From NCBI GenBank assembly GCA_012295275.1, contig CM022672.1, positions 19,654,001 to 19,718,000 on the forward strand: a stretch of DNA of 64,000 bases, read 5' to 3'. Under the pieces are notes generated by a model, which saw nothing but the letters and a program-made list of their open reading frames with translations, ran no database searches and was not told the origin of the DNA. A program made the position numbers and the translations under genes. Positions 1-12,866 of the stretch are shown here, one piece after another; positions within the stretch are counted from its first letter, which is position 1, and each line of letters opens with the position of its first letter. Source of the DNA: Chrysomallon squamiferum. Its lineage: Eukaryota; Animalia; Mollusca.

Positions 1-156
1 CAGAATAATTTTAGTTTTTTTTTAAATTATGTTTCTCATTCATAATTATTTAATGAATTATTTCCCTTTAGTAAGTCTTGCATAAGAGAAATTTAAGAAA
101 AATGTAACTGCATTAATTAATGTTTCACATATTAATTACAATAGCAGTGAAATACA

Positions 157-214
<58 letters not shown>

Positions 215-1606
215 GAATGACATTTGTTTCCTTTTTAATTCAAATACTTATTTTAAAATCAGTATGTTACCCGAGTGAGCCTTCCAGTTACACAGAAACT
301 GTAACTGACTGTAACACGGTCAGCTGGACAAATTAACGTATATTTCTGATGGCTATTTTTATACGTACTTGTGTTGTTGTTAGTCACATTCTCATTAAAA
401 GCTGGTTATTTCACAGTGTTACATATTATAATGTGTTACGTATACAGTATACCGGCTGTTTAATTTGTAAGCACCTAGAACATACGCCATATATATATAT
501 ATATCTATATATATATATAATATTATTATTATATATATAATACATATAATACGTCATGGATTTTGTTTTTTGTTTTTTTTCATGAAAATGTACATTTGTT
601 TCCAAAGAAAAGAATAAATAATCCACAAGTTGTGTGATAAATGTGGTATTTTACTTGTTTTTTTTTTTTTCTTTCTTGTTTGTATTTGTACATTGATGTA
701 CATGTGAGCACGTACTTTTGTTTGCGTATATGTTTAGATGGGTTTTTGTTCAGTAAGAAAATTGACATCATTTGAAATTAATTTTGAACATCAGTTAATT
801 ACAATAAAACAAGCTGATTTCATTTATAATTTATTCAGTAGTCTGGACAATAGATTACTGGTCTCTCAAGATAATAACCTATAATGTGTGGATATTTTAA
901 AGTTAAAGGTAAATAATCCTTACTGAAGAAAATTTCTGAAGACTGAAATATGAGATAAAATAAAGAACAGATATAGTTACAATAATACAGTGTGTGTATG
1001 TGTGTGTGTGTGTGTGTGTGTTTATTATACAGGGCGATAACTAAACTTTTTGAAATGATTCAAAAACACTTATTGTGGATAAAAAATGTGGGAGAAGTGT
1101 TTGGGGGCTTCAAACGGTAATCGTAGACATAAAGAATTAATTCAGTGGATATCGTTTCTATCGCAATGGAGATTTATATTTTATTTATTTATTTATTTTT
1201 TTAAATAAAACCTTTTCATAATAATTTTTTTTTAAAAGATCGTCAATTTAGGTATGAGGTATTTGCCTCAATGTAGTTATGGCCATCACACACACACACA
1301 CACACACACACACGAAGACTAATCGAAATGATAATTTGAGTAATTGACTTGAAGAAGAGTTTTTAATCCTGCTGTAGGTTTTTTCCAGTAATTTACGGAA
1401 ACTGCGCCTGTTGCAAGCACTAAAATTATCAACTACAAAATCTGAACATACAAGTTCGATCCATGGTTTTTCAAGTCTTTAAACACACACACACACGTTA
1501 CTTACACTGATCGTCATGACAATCTTCATAACAATCGCATACAATATCATCTGCCATTTTTAACTTTATCCATATACTTGGGCATCCCATAATGTCGGTC
1601 ACTTTC

Positions 1607-1619
1607 GTCGCTAGGCAAT
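1607..1619. promoter_or_regulatory. RFX X-box-like motif upstream of the MSP-domain gene
   Basis: GTCGCTAGGCAAT is one base off GTYGCTAGGCAAC and lies ~105 bp upstream of the ATG. Further X-box-like sites occur in the introns (GTTGCCATAG ~2683, GTCATGGCAAC ~3012). Confidence 0.4.
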
Positions 1620-1724
1620 CGGTAAGAAAATGCAATAACGCCGATGCGCACCTCTGATTTTATACTTCAGCCTGTTCACTTAGTGATGTGTTATCAAGCA
1701 TTTGTGAAAAAAACCTCTGCTACA

Positions 1725-1883
1725 ATGGCTACAAGCATCCCGCAGATGGTACAGATAAATCCTCCAAATGCTGTATGTTTTGAAGGTTTGTGATGAACAT
1801 TATTTTATAACGCAAGCATTAACGTATTTACTTTTTCAAGCATACAGTTAGATTGCGGAAATTTAAGCTAGGCTTTTGTTTAT

Positions 1884-1977
<94 letters not shown>

Positions 1978-2368
1978 CTTAGTGAAAACAATTTAAAAAT
2001 AAAATAAAACAAATTATATATATATATAAAAAATATTTTTAAAAATTTGGAATCAAAAATCACATTTTTATTTATTTTTATATTTCATCATCATTTTTGC
2101 TTATGTTGTTGTTGTTGTTGTTATTGTTATTGTTATTGTTATTATTATTAACATTTACACTGCAGTTTATACCATATTTTATCTCAAAGGACCTGCAAAT
2201 GAAACGCTGTACTCAACAATAAGTTTGAACAATATTTTCGATTACCCCGTTGCATACAAAGTTAAAGTTACGGTTCCGAGCAAACTGTCAGTGGAATCAC
2301 CCAAGGGAATTATTGGTGTCGGTCAAGAGGTTAATTTAAACCGTAAGTCGTTAAGAAGTATATCACAG

Positions 2369-2466
<98 letters not shown>

Positions 2467-3606
2467 GTAACGTTCCATAATAATAAAATAATAATAACAA
2501 ATTTAAAAAAAAAATTAAAAAAAAAAAAAGAAAAGAAAATGAAATAAAAAGGAAGAATAAAAAATGCCAATTTTAGAAATAAATTATCATTAAAAATAAT
2601 AATAATAATAAAGATCAATAAAATAAAACAGTATCAGTAAAAAAATAAAATAAATAAAACAGTTAATGGTAATTAATTTCACGTTGCCATAGGTTCATTC
2701 ATAAAGAGTCCATTCTTCGTTTCTAGTTGCCCTTCAGAAAGGCGACATTTCATTACTGGAATTACTTGTCCAAGTTGTACCCGTCAAACCAGAACACGGC
2801 AAAAGGACAGTTGATAATTTGGTAAGTAGAATTTAGATAATAACTAATGAATTACAAGGAACGTTATGGATTAATATGTATTTTCTGTATTTATGCCGAA
2901 AAACATCAACATAGTGGTATATTTTAATGCATTTTCCAAATCAAATTTTTCTTATTAACTTTAAAAGCGGAAGCATTCGATTTTTAAAATGATTTTTCAA
3001 CATTGCATGATGTCATGGCAACTTATATTGTCGATATCCCAGTAATAACTTTCTGTCAGTTGTGTAATTGATATTCTCAGTTCTCGGTATACACAGACCA
3101 ATAAATAAATAAAACAAAGAAAAAGTTGAAGAATTAAGAATAACTTTTACGTTAATGTTTCATTATATATTTTTTTTAAATTATATCGCCACACAATAAA
3201 AATAATTTTTTTTATTTATATATATATATATATATTTTTTTTTCTTCTGTTCTTTGTTGCTGGAAAACGGCCGTGTGGTTTAAAGAAGAAAGAAACCGTT
3301 TTTTTGAAATGCTTAATGAAAACACAAATCAATGAATTGCACGTGCGTATTTTAGGGCCGACTAGTAGTCAGGCGATAGTAAAAGCAGTTTGTAACAGAG
3401 AAATAAACAATACAAACCAGTCACGAGTGAGGATTTAAAACTTAACAATCGATCATCTTGAACCGGTAGCATCGTAATTCACAATGACCGCCTGTTTAGC
3501 TAATTTTTAAACGTGTTTTCATCACCTTTATTTGATACTAATTTGATATTAATCATTACATTTTAAGAATATCAAAGTACTGAACAAGACAAACCCAACG
3601 AATTGT

Positions 3607-3643
<37 letters not shown>

Positions 3644-4134
3644 ATAATCAGTATCACATATATTTATATTTTATGTCTAAGTTTTTTTTTTTTCACTTTA
3701 TGTATGTTACCATTTCTTTTTCTATTCCTTCTTGAAACCCCCCCAAAAACAACCAAAAAACAACAACACAACAAAATACAAAAATACAAAAAAAACCCCA
3801 CTTTTCTATTTAGTTAAATCCTTGCCGTTCAATGCAATTTTTAAGAAATATTTTCAAGTTAATTTGTTAAATTAGTTTTTTTCTATTACATCTATCATTC
3901 TTTAAAATAATAAACAAATCACAAACTCACTATGTTATTTCTTTAAAATTTCATTTCCATTCTGTTTCTATAAATTTATTTTCATTTTCTGTCAACTGTA
4001 TTTTCATAATAAAGTAATTTTCATATTACTCTTTTAATTTATTACCATTTTAAATAAATAAATAAATATATATATATTCTATTTAAGTTTTATTTCATCA
4101 ATAATTTCCTTGTTACTTCTTTAAATTCGGGTTT

Positions 4135-4172
<38 letters not shown>

Positions 4173-5297
4173 CAAATTTTACTTTATGTGTTTCTCTTTA
4201 CATAAATGGCTGGTAGTATCACATGTACAACATGTCACACATCTGCCTCTCAGGTCTGCTCAGAGAATACAATTGTACTAATTCATCTGATTATGCCGAA
4301 TGATGCAACTGGCCCTTTCCAGTTTGTCAAAAAAGAATCCCAGGCTTTTCTCATTACTGAGTAAATGAAGCTAAACAAAACATGACTATTCACTAATGAC
4401 CAGCTTTGTCCAGACTAAACCCAGTAAACCATTTACTATTACTACTAACCCCTTAAACAGTAAATTGTACATGCATATACAGGGTTGTATTATTCAACAA
4501 ATGTGCAAATCGTTATTTACTTATGTTATTAGGCTTATAGGTGGGATTTTTTTTGTGTGTGTTTTTTTTAAATTATTGAACTGGTATTAGTATTTGTAAA
4601 AACCTTTGAAAGCATGACATGTTTATTTTTTCACATTTATTTTTTAGATGAAAGATTTGGCAAGTGAAATGTTGGAAAGAAAACTAAAAGTGAAGCGAAG
4701 TTTTGCAATTCCTGAGTCAGTAAGTTGTTATAGATTCGAGATATTTTCAGTGATTCTAATTGACTTAGTGATAGTCAGGTGCTTAGAACATTTATTTTTC
4801 TGAGCACTGTAGGATTATTGCACACTTTTCCCATTCAAACCAGTTCCCATGGACTGCAATTTAATAGTTACTAACATTAGTACATTATGTTAAAAGTTTA
4901 AAGCTGTTGATAAAGAAAATCTCAGGCTTGATAATCCTCAACTTAATTTAAAATGTATTTTTGTTTGTTTGCCAAATTAGTATATAATTTACTTCCATAG
5001 TTTTCTGCTGGATATAATAATTTGCTTATTTTCCTGCATGCTGTTAATATAACATTAAGTACCATTTTAAAAAAAGAAATTTAACTTCGGTCAGACCCTG
5101 TTACAAACACAGCATGCTCAATGTAACATTAAGATAAACCCTCTGTTTATTTACTGAGTGTTTTTGTAATTGCTGATAGTTCTGTTATTTACTTTTTTCA
5201 GGCTTTTTACAGCTGCAAATCAACATTTCCAGAGGATGAAGAAGAATCTGATAAAAAAAGATGGTGGACAAAATCAAAAGATAACAATATGTCTTGA
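1725..5297 (+). CDS. MSP (major sperm protein) domain protein, divergent VAP-like, 158 aa, no C-terminal transmembrane helix
   Basis: Exons 1725-1785, 2190-2342, 2727-2821, 4648-4719, 5202-5297, all GT-AG with consistent phases (1,1,0,0), 477 nt. Translation: MATSIPQMVQINPPNAVCFEGPANETLYSTISLNNIFDYPVAYKVKVTVPSKLSVESPKGIIGVGQEVNLNLALQKGDISLLELLVQVVPVKPEHGKRTVDNLMKDLASEMLERKLKVKRSFAIPESAFYSCKSTFPEDEEESDKKRWWTKSKDNNMS*. VAYKVKVTVP and PKGII match the MSP/VAP FKVKTTAP and PNSGII motifs. An in-frame upstream ATG at 1686 is an alternative start. AATAAA near 6285. Confidence 0.8.
1886..1972. repeat. (TA)n microsatellite
   Basis: Direct reading, one short interruption. It lies in intron 1 of the MSP gene. 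Confidence 0.95.
2371..2463. repeat. (GA)n microsatellite
   Basis: Direct reading. Confidence 0.95.
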
Positions 5298-7659
5298 ATT
5301 TAAAAGAAATAATTCCGATGCAGTGTTCCATTTATGAATGATAATGGAATGAAACACAAGTACAACTGCACATGCTCACTGATGTCATCAAATTTTGTGA
5401 GTTGTTCCAGTTTACAGTGTGCCACAGCTTTTTGCATGAAAAAAATCTTCTGTTGTAGTCTGTTCTCAGCTTGTGAAATTCTTTCATTTCTAAAACTCTT
5501 TCTCTTTATGTGTGTTCTTGTGGAGAAAGAAATGATCATGATATACTACGACAATATATTAATATTTCTCTCCTATGTTAAAACTAGGTAAACAAAATTG
5601 CAAAGTGAGATATCTTGCGCAGGTTGACAACACATATACGCACATGCACACACATACAAATGTATATGTGTGTGTGTGTGTGATGGAACACAATACTTTA
5701 GCTTTGTCTGTGTCTGGGAAGCCAAATAGATTTACATGTAAGTGTGTAGGAAAAACAAATTGTCTGATATTGGATGAAAACCTATTACAGTACAGTTACT
5801 TCTGTAATGTTTTCAAATCTACTTTTGGCCTCTTTGAGAATGTAAACAGTGGATCAAATATTAATTATTTAAAAAATTGTTGAATGTGTACAAGAACTTG
5901 TGTTTTCAAATGTACTTCATTTAGTGAAACCATGTTTTTTAAAATATATTTTGCATATTATAAAAAATAGATTTGAAACCCCCCCCAACTATTTCATCAA
6001 AATAAACTTCAGTTACTTTAATTATTTTTTAATGTTTAGAAGTAACAGAAAGCTACCTCGTCCTCTTTTTATAATTTATTTCCAAAATAATACTGAAAGG
6101 ACATTTTTTCCAGTAGCTACCTCATAGAAGATTCCATACTTTATACTTTTTTTGTTTACAATAACATATTGCATTTTATTTCATTTTAAAAATAATTATT
6201 AAAATTATTATTATTATTATTATATTTTGTTATACATATTAAATGTTTATGTTGTAAAAATGTTACCACATGACAGTCTTGTTTAATAAAAACCTTTAGT
6301 ACATCTCATACAAAATGGAAATATAAAGATTTCAACAGTATATTTATTTTATGGTTTACTTTATAATTAAACATGGTTGTAACATGTTATTTATGTTATT
6401 GCTTCAAATATATCTTCATTTTAAATATTCATACACTGTTATATACCTTATATATGATACAAAATTTAGGAAAATGGGATTGGTACTATAACTCATTTTG
6501 AAATGCAATTAATGAATAAAAATTAAACACTGACAAACAAGAAAACAACAACATTCTGAAATATTTTCTCAGTTTATTCATTAAAATATTTATTAAAATA
6601 CAACAACCACAACAAGAAAAAAAGTAAATTCAATAAATAATGTAAATAAAAATTGTTTGGGGTAAAATTTTGCTGATGTTATTAAATTTATACAAGAATG
6701 CCAAAAAGCAAAATGCACACATTTTGTAAAATTTAGATTTTATTAATAAATGTATACAGATAATTAAAAGTGAATATACACATGCATAACAGAAGACAAA
6801 ATGTCTATAAATCACATATTAAAAATGATATATTATTGAAAATTGTATATGAAATATTTACTAGTGTTTGTATTCTTCTTGTTTTTGTTTCATCCTTCAA
6901 AATTATATATAAATCATCAGTTATGTTCATTATCTTCTTTGTTTTATTTTTGGCCATTGTTAGATGTCACAATAAAGAACAACATTTTTCTAAACAACTA
7001 CATTTTCTAATTCTACATCCAGTCTAACCTATTACAGTAATTATGTTCTGAAAACTACATTTTGCATCTTTGACAATGAAAGAGATAATCAGTGAAGTGT
7101 ACCTGAGATGATGCAAACCTATAGTCAAATAATACAGTTTACAAACAGCTCCATGTGACTATTTTTACTAGGTTTCTTTTTAAATATATTTTTTATTTAA
7201 GGTGCCACATTTGGTAAAAAATTATATTTGTGCAATTATGCATTTTTGACTGTTCATTGCTTATTGGCAGCCACTCTTTTCTAATAAAAATAATACAACC
7301 TGTTCTTTGTACATTCTTTGCTGTATGTGTTTGTGCATTACTTATTATGAAATATTTAAATTAAAAAATAAACTACAAAAGCAGACAATGCTTTTCTCAC
7401 ATGGCAAATCTAGCCAAAATAAAAATCATTCTTGCTTGTTTACTATAATTAGATTTTAAAATTAATTTATTTATTTAAAAATCAAATAAATAAAGAATAC
7501 TTATCTGCACCACTTCAAGTTGACCTTAAATTATAAAAAAAACTCTTCGGAGTTTGCACATAAATAATACTGATTAGGAATCACACAATGAGACTCTCAG
7601 TTTTCTAATGTAAACATGCGTCATCTTTCAACGGAATCATTCTTAAAAGAATTTCTCAT

Positions 7660-10210
7660 TTAATCTGAAGTATAACCTGACAGACATTCGTACACAAGTT
7701 CATACAAATCTATAAAGCGTGGATCATTACAAAGGCCCAGTGACTCTATGTAATTTGAGAGGTAAGCCACAGAAAGCTTTTTGTTTGGATCAGCTATAAC
7801 TGCCTGGCCTCCGAATCCACCATGACCAAATACAGTGTTACCCTGAAATACAGTAATTTACATTGAGTATTTTATCAGAGTTTTTGATAAACAGGAATCT
7901 TCATTCAAATAATGATGATGATGATAATAATAATAATAATAATAATAATTTTAAAAATGCTATTATATTACTTATTGGAGTTTTATACTCACTCTAGTAG
8001 TGTTAAACACCATTAAACCTCTGTAAACTGTTATATTACTTATGATGGTGTTATACTCACTCTAGTAGTATTAAACACCATTAAACCTCTGTAAACTGTT
8101 ATATTACTTATGATGGTTTTATACTCACTCTAGTAGTGTTAAACACCATTAAACCTCTGTAAACTGTTGGTAGTTTTATACTACTCTAGTAGTGTTAAAC
8201 ACCATTAAACCTCTGTAAACTGTTATATCACTTATGGTAGTTTTATACTCACTCTAGCAGTGTTAAACACCATTAAACCTCTGTAAACTGTTATATCACT
8301 TATGGTAGTTTTATACTCACTCTTGTAGTGTTAAACACCATTAAACCTCTGCTATAAGTAATGTCTATCAGCAGAACTTGATCTTTTCCTGCAGCCATTG
8401 GAGTCAGCAATTTGTCTGTGGTTTCAGATGTCAGGAGTTGTTTCCCTTTGTAAGATCCACCGAGAGCTAAGTAGCTATATAGTTTTGCAAGAGACTGAGC
8501 AGTTCCTAAACCCATGTAAGATGGAATTCCAATAGCTTGGACATCAGCTCGATTCATAATTGAATTCTGTGGAATAAATTCATAAAAATATCTGATTAAT
8601 ACTTTACACCATTGTTTCTTAACTGAGGTTCTGCAAAGTAATCACTGTACTCATCAATACTGCCAAAAATATATATTTCCAGATTATCTTACAAGTACTA
8701 AGGTTGAGAAAGACTGATTTACAATGTAGAAGAAATTATTTGCTTATTACAATGATTTTTTTTTTTTTTTTTATCGTTTCAAACCATATTAAATTACGAA
8801 AGTCCATTTTCTTTTATTTGGTCTCAGAAATGTTTCAGACAGATATAAAATACCACTATTAATACTGAATAAAATAATTATTACATCTTCTTTCAAGACG
8901 GTTATTGCTTTGGATGTGATGGAGTCTGGGTACATCAAGTACAGAGGAAGTATTTTAATGGAATCGAGATCTGTCAAGGACTGAAGAAGTAACTCAAGTG
9001 GTGTCTTGAATTCAACTCGGGCAACTCTCCAGTGTTGTTCTTTAGCTATTCCAATGTGGAAGTCAATTTCTAGATTAAGAAAACAAATTATATATCTATT
9101 TGGAATGAATATAAATACATAAATAATTATAAATATGCATACCTACGTATGTATGTAAAGACATATGTAACACATACACACACACATACATACATACATA
9201 CATACGTGTATATGTACAAGGATTCAAAGTAGTCTAGGACAATAGAACTTTAGGGAGTATTGAGGTTTGAGATGGTGAAATGAGACATTAGAACATAATA
9301 TTGTCACAAACACAAAATTAAACATTTACATGTACGAACAAATGTTATATTTCTAATAAAACAATAGCTTTAACAAAATATTGTATACAGACTCATGCTA
9401 TAAGTGGTAAAATTATTTAACACAAGTTTATTCTAATATTTGCTTTCAATAACTTGCAGCCTGCTTCCTTGAGTCTTGGAGTTTTACTTGAATGGGTTTG
9501 TAATCTTTAATGTACATGTAATTACGTTCAGTCATTAATTGTGCCTATCTTGGTTAGTTTATTTTGTATAGATTTTTAAAAGAACTGTGTTTACTGTCAA
9601 TCTCGTATCAGAACTGTAAAACAATGCTGTTTTAATACATTTGTTCACATGATCTCATGGCACATGGCCAGTTAGTGGTAGACAGTCGTTTCATGTGGTA
9701 CTCATTCACAGACACAACGTCTCTATCAGTTAATGAATGGCATGAAATGATGATTTGTGCTTATTATCATCAAGAAATTCCACTGAAGCTCACAGAAAAT
9801 CAAAGAAGGCCTATTAATTATATTTTTCAACAGTTTCCTTGTGGCTGAAAGCAATGAAATGGAAACATTGGCTGCTTTATTTTTAACATGTTAATGTTTG
9901 TTGTTTATTTATTCAGTCCTTTGAATTTAAAAACAGATGTCGAAAACAGAAATGAATTTTTTGTTTTTTACCAATAATTTATAATAATTTATAATAAATA
10001 TAATTTGATGGAAATAACTGAAGTCTGCTGGCTAATCACAAAATAAGTTCATATGATTGTTGTATAAAATGGAGGCAAAATGTATCAATGCTTCCAAATG
10101 TTATTTACTTTTTTGTTTTTTTAAATTTAAAAAAGAAAAAGAAGACAAAACAAACTGAAGGCAACTTAGAATCTCACCACAGTTTGGATTATTTTGCACA
10201 CATTTTTCCT

Positions 10211-10256
<46 letters not shown>

Positions 10257-12527
10257 GATAAAACATAATACAAGTACAACAAAAAACCCACATATATAAA
10301 TAAAACTATATTTCATAATTTATAAGAGTTAATACATTTTTGCACTTAATGATTATTAGATTATCAAAAAAATAAAAAAAATAAAAATAATAAAATTAAT
10401 AAAAAACGGTTTGTAAACACACAGTAAAGACAGTTAAAAAGGATTTTCAACCTTGCTGTGGCTGCTATTCTGTAACTATTCAGCAGAAAGGATTATTTAT
10501 ATAGTCTTTCTAAAAAATAGGAAATCCATAAATATGTCTTAAAATGACTTACCTAATGGTTCAGCTATTTCTTCTTGAAATATCTGAGAAATATTCCGGT
10601 GTTTAGGGTCTGCTTTCTGTGCAAGAATATTCACATAAAATCCAATGACAAATGCATGATAACCATGGGCAGTACCTGTTTTAAAAAACAAAAACAATAT
10701 TAAATAAGGACATTTGGTTTCTTACAAACGCTACAAAAAAACAGAGAAGGAAGAAAAAACACTCATCATTAACAATAAAATAATAAAATAAAAGTATAAG
10801 ACTAAAATAAGATAATAAATAATATTAGATAAGTAAAATGAAGTTAAAAGTAAGAAGGAAGACAAGGTATATTTAATTTGTATATGCTTTTTTTAAAAAA
10901 CAGTTCTTCCATTAATACAATAATTATGACAGACGTTAGATTGTTTCCCATTTTTTGTGTGGATGAAACGTTCTGATTTGGCTTGTGGATGTTTTAATCT
11001 GGGTTTTTAAAATGGTATGTAACATCTTGAATCTGTATTTACAAACCTGGAGTCCATTCAGGTGAATTATCTTCTAAAAGTTTAATTATTTTCTTGGGTT
11101 TTTTAATTACATCAAAAATGGAAACCTTCTGACCAACAAATGACACTAACCCAGCCTGGAAAGACAATAAACAATGCATATGATGTTATACATGAAATTA
11201 TTATTAATATTGAACTTCAGCCTTTGCTAATAATAAAGTATGACTATGAAATAATAAATCTAGGCTTGTACAAATATCAGCTTTTTGGTTTTAACCTTGC
11301 CAAAACGTTTTTTTTTCACTTGCCTGATGACTCAACAGAATTTCAACAGTAATATTTTCTTTTCCATTTTTAGCAAATTCTGGCCAGTAGTAACTCACTG
11401 GCTTCTCATACTCAATCCATCCTCTGAAAATATATATAACTAATTCAAAAAACTGGTATAGTATCGAAATCTTTTTGGATGGATTCATTTGTTGTTAATT
11501 TTACAAATTTCATTCTGGAACTAGTAACTAAATGCAAATTCTTGTATTTAAAATCAATCAGTTATTAAACTGAAAACACTGCCATTCCTCTTCCCTGGCT
11601 ATTTCTGAAGGAGATAAAAATAATAATAATAATAATAAAAAAAAGTATTAAAAAAATCACAGAGAAATCTTAATTTTAATTCTTACCTATCCACCATCAT
11701 TGCAATGGTTACAGCAGCAACACTCTTGGTCACTGAAAATGCCAAGGTAATCGTGTCTTTATTCCAAGGTTGTTGTGAACTGCGGTCAGCATATCCTGCC
11801 CACATGTCAATGAGGAGTTCTCCATTGTAGTAAGCTGAAAATGAGCAGCCTTTCTCCTTGCCACTTTGAACATTCTGTCTATTAAAATAAAAAAAAGAAT
11901 AAAAAAAAAGAAGAACAAGTAAATAATATTAATAAAAAACAAAATAAAGTGAAAAAAGTTCCAAAAACATATTTATAAAATATTTCATGAAAATTACAAA
12001 ATGACTGATTACTGTGTTTATGTACATTTTAGTATGTTTCAGTGTATTTCCAATTTAAAAGAGAACAATCAGGTTTGGCTATCTATGAAATGAATTTGAT
12101 TTAAAAAAATAAAAAATAAAAAATAAAAAAAATTAATAAGGTAACAAAGACAGACAAATGATCTTGATGATGCTTTATATTAAAAAGGTGGAAACCGAAA
12201 AGAAATAGGAATTAAAAAATATCAATTGATTTCGTGAAAAAAAGAAAAGAAATGTCACTGGAATCTTTTATGCAAATTTTATATTATAACTAATGAGGAT
12301 AATAAAATACTATTTATAATATAATCTAATTATAATTACATTACAATATATTATATAATGAATATTATTATTACGGAGTATTACCTTAGTTTTTCTGCAA
12401 CTCTTCTAAATTTGGGATGAAAATAACCTTCTACCACAGGAGGTAAAGGTGTTTTAAAATAATTCCATAAAAAGTTAAGTGCTATTGCAAGCACTAAGAC
12501 TAATAAAGTCAGTTTTATAAATCCCAT
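7660..12527 (-). CDS. Beta-lactamase-related serine hydrolase (beta-lactamase domain-containing protein 2-like / family VIII esterase fold), paralog A, 426 aa
   Basis: Exons (minus) 12527-12385, 11878-11687, 11423-11324, 11155-11047, 10675-10553, 9069-8885, 8566-8321, 7842-7660 give 1281 nt open. Motifs: N-terminal hydrophobic signal/anchor [21 protein letters not shown], SxxK (FSVTK), [30 protein letters not shown]. Intron 3 needs a GC donor. Confidence 0.93.
7979..8351. repeat. 68-bp tandem repeat of the exon 7/intron 7 junction, paralog A (5 extra units)
   Basis: The unit ttatactcactctagtagtgttaaacaccattaaacctctgtaaactgttatatcacttatggtagtt starts at 7983, 8051, 8119, 8176 (partly deleted), 8243 and 8311 (the true junction). 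Confidence 0.92.
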
Positions 12528-12783
12528 TATAATGTTTAGTATACTATACTATACTGGTCCTTCTGAAACTACAAAACCGGTTTTAGTTAGCTTTTCTTTG
12601 GTAATTCCCTCCTCTTCTGGAAGCGAATCGAAAATAGAAATAAATTAGTGTAACGACATCTGGATAAATATACCAAATTAATATAAAGAAAAATGAAATA
12701 AAATTTCTCAAATTCTTCGGATAAATTTTACTTATGCTTTTAGAAGTTCATGAATTTTCTGCAAAACTCGAAAACTTCCAAGT

Positions 12784-12866
<83 letters not shown>

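Noticed and set aside
12551-12650. Protein-like frame upstream of the hydrolase ATG (ISIFDSLPEEEGITKEKLTKTG...)
   Set aside because: It ends in a stop before the ATG and the paralog has an in-frame TAA; it is better explained as an intron 3' end.
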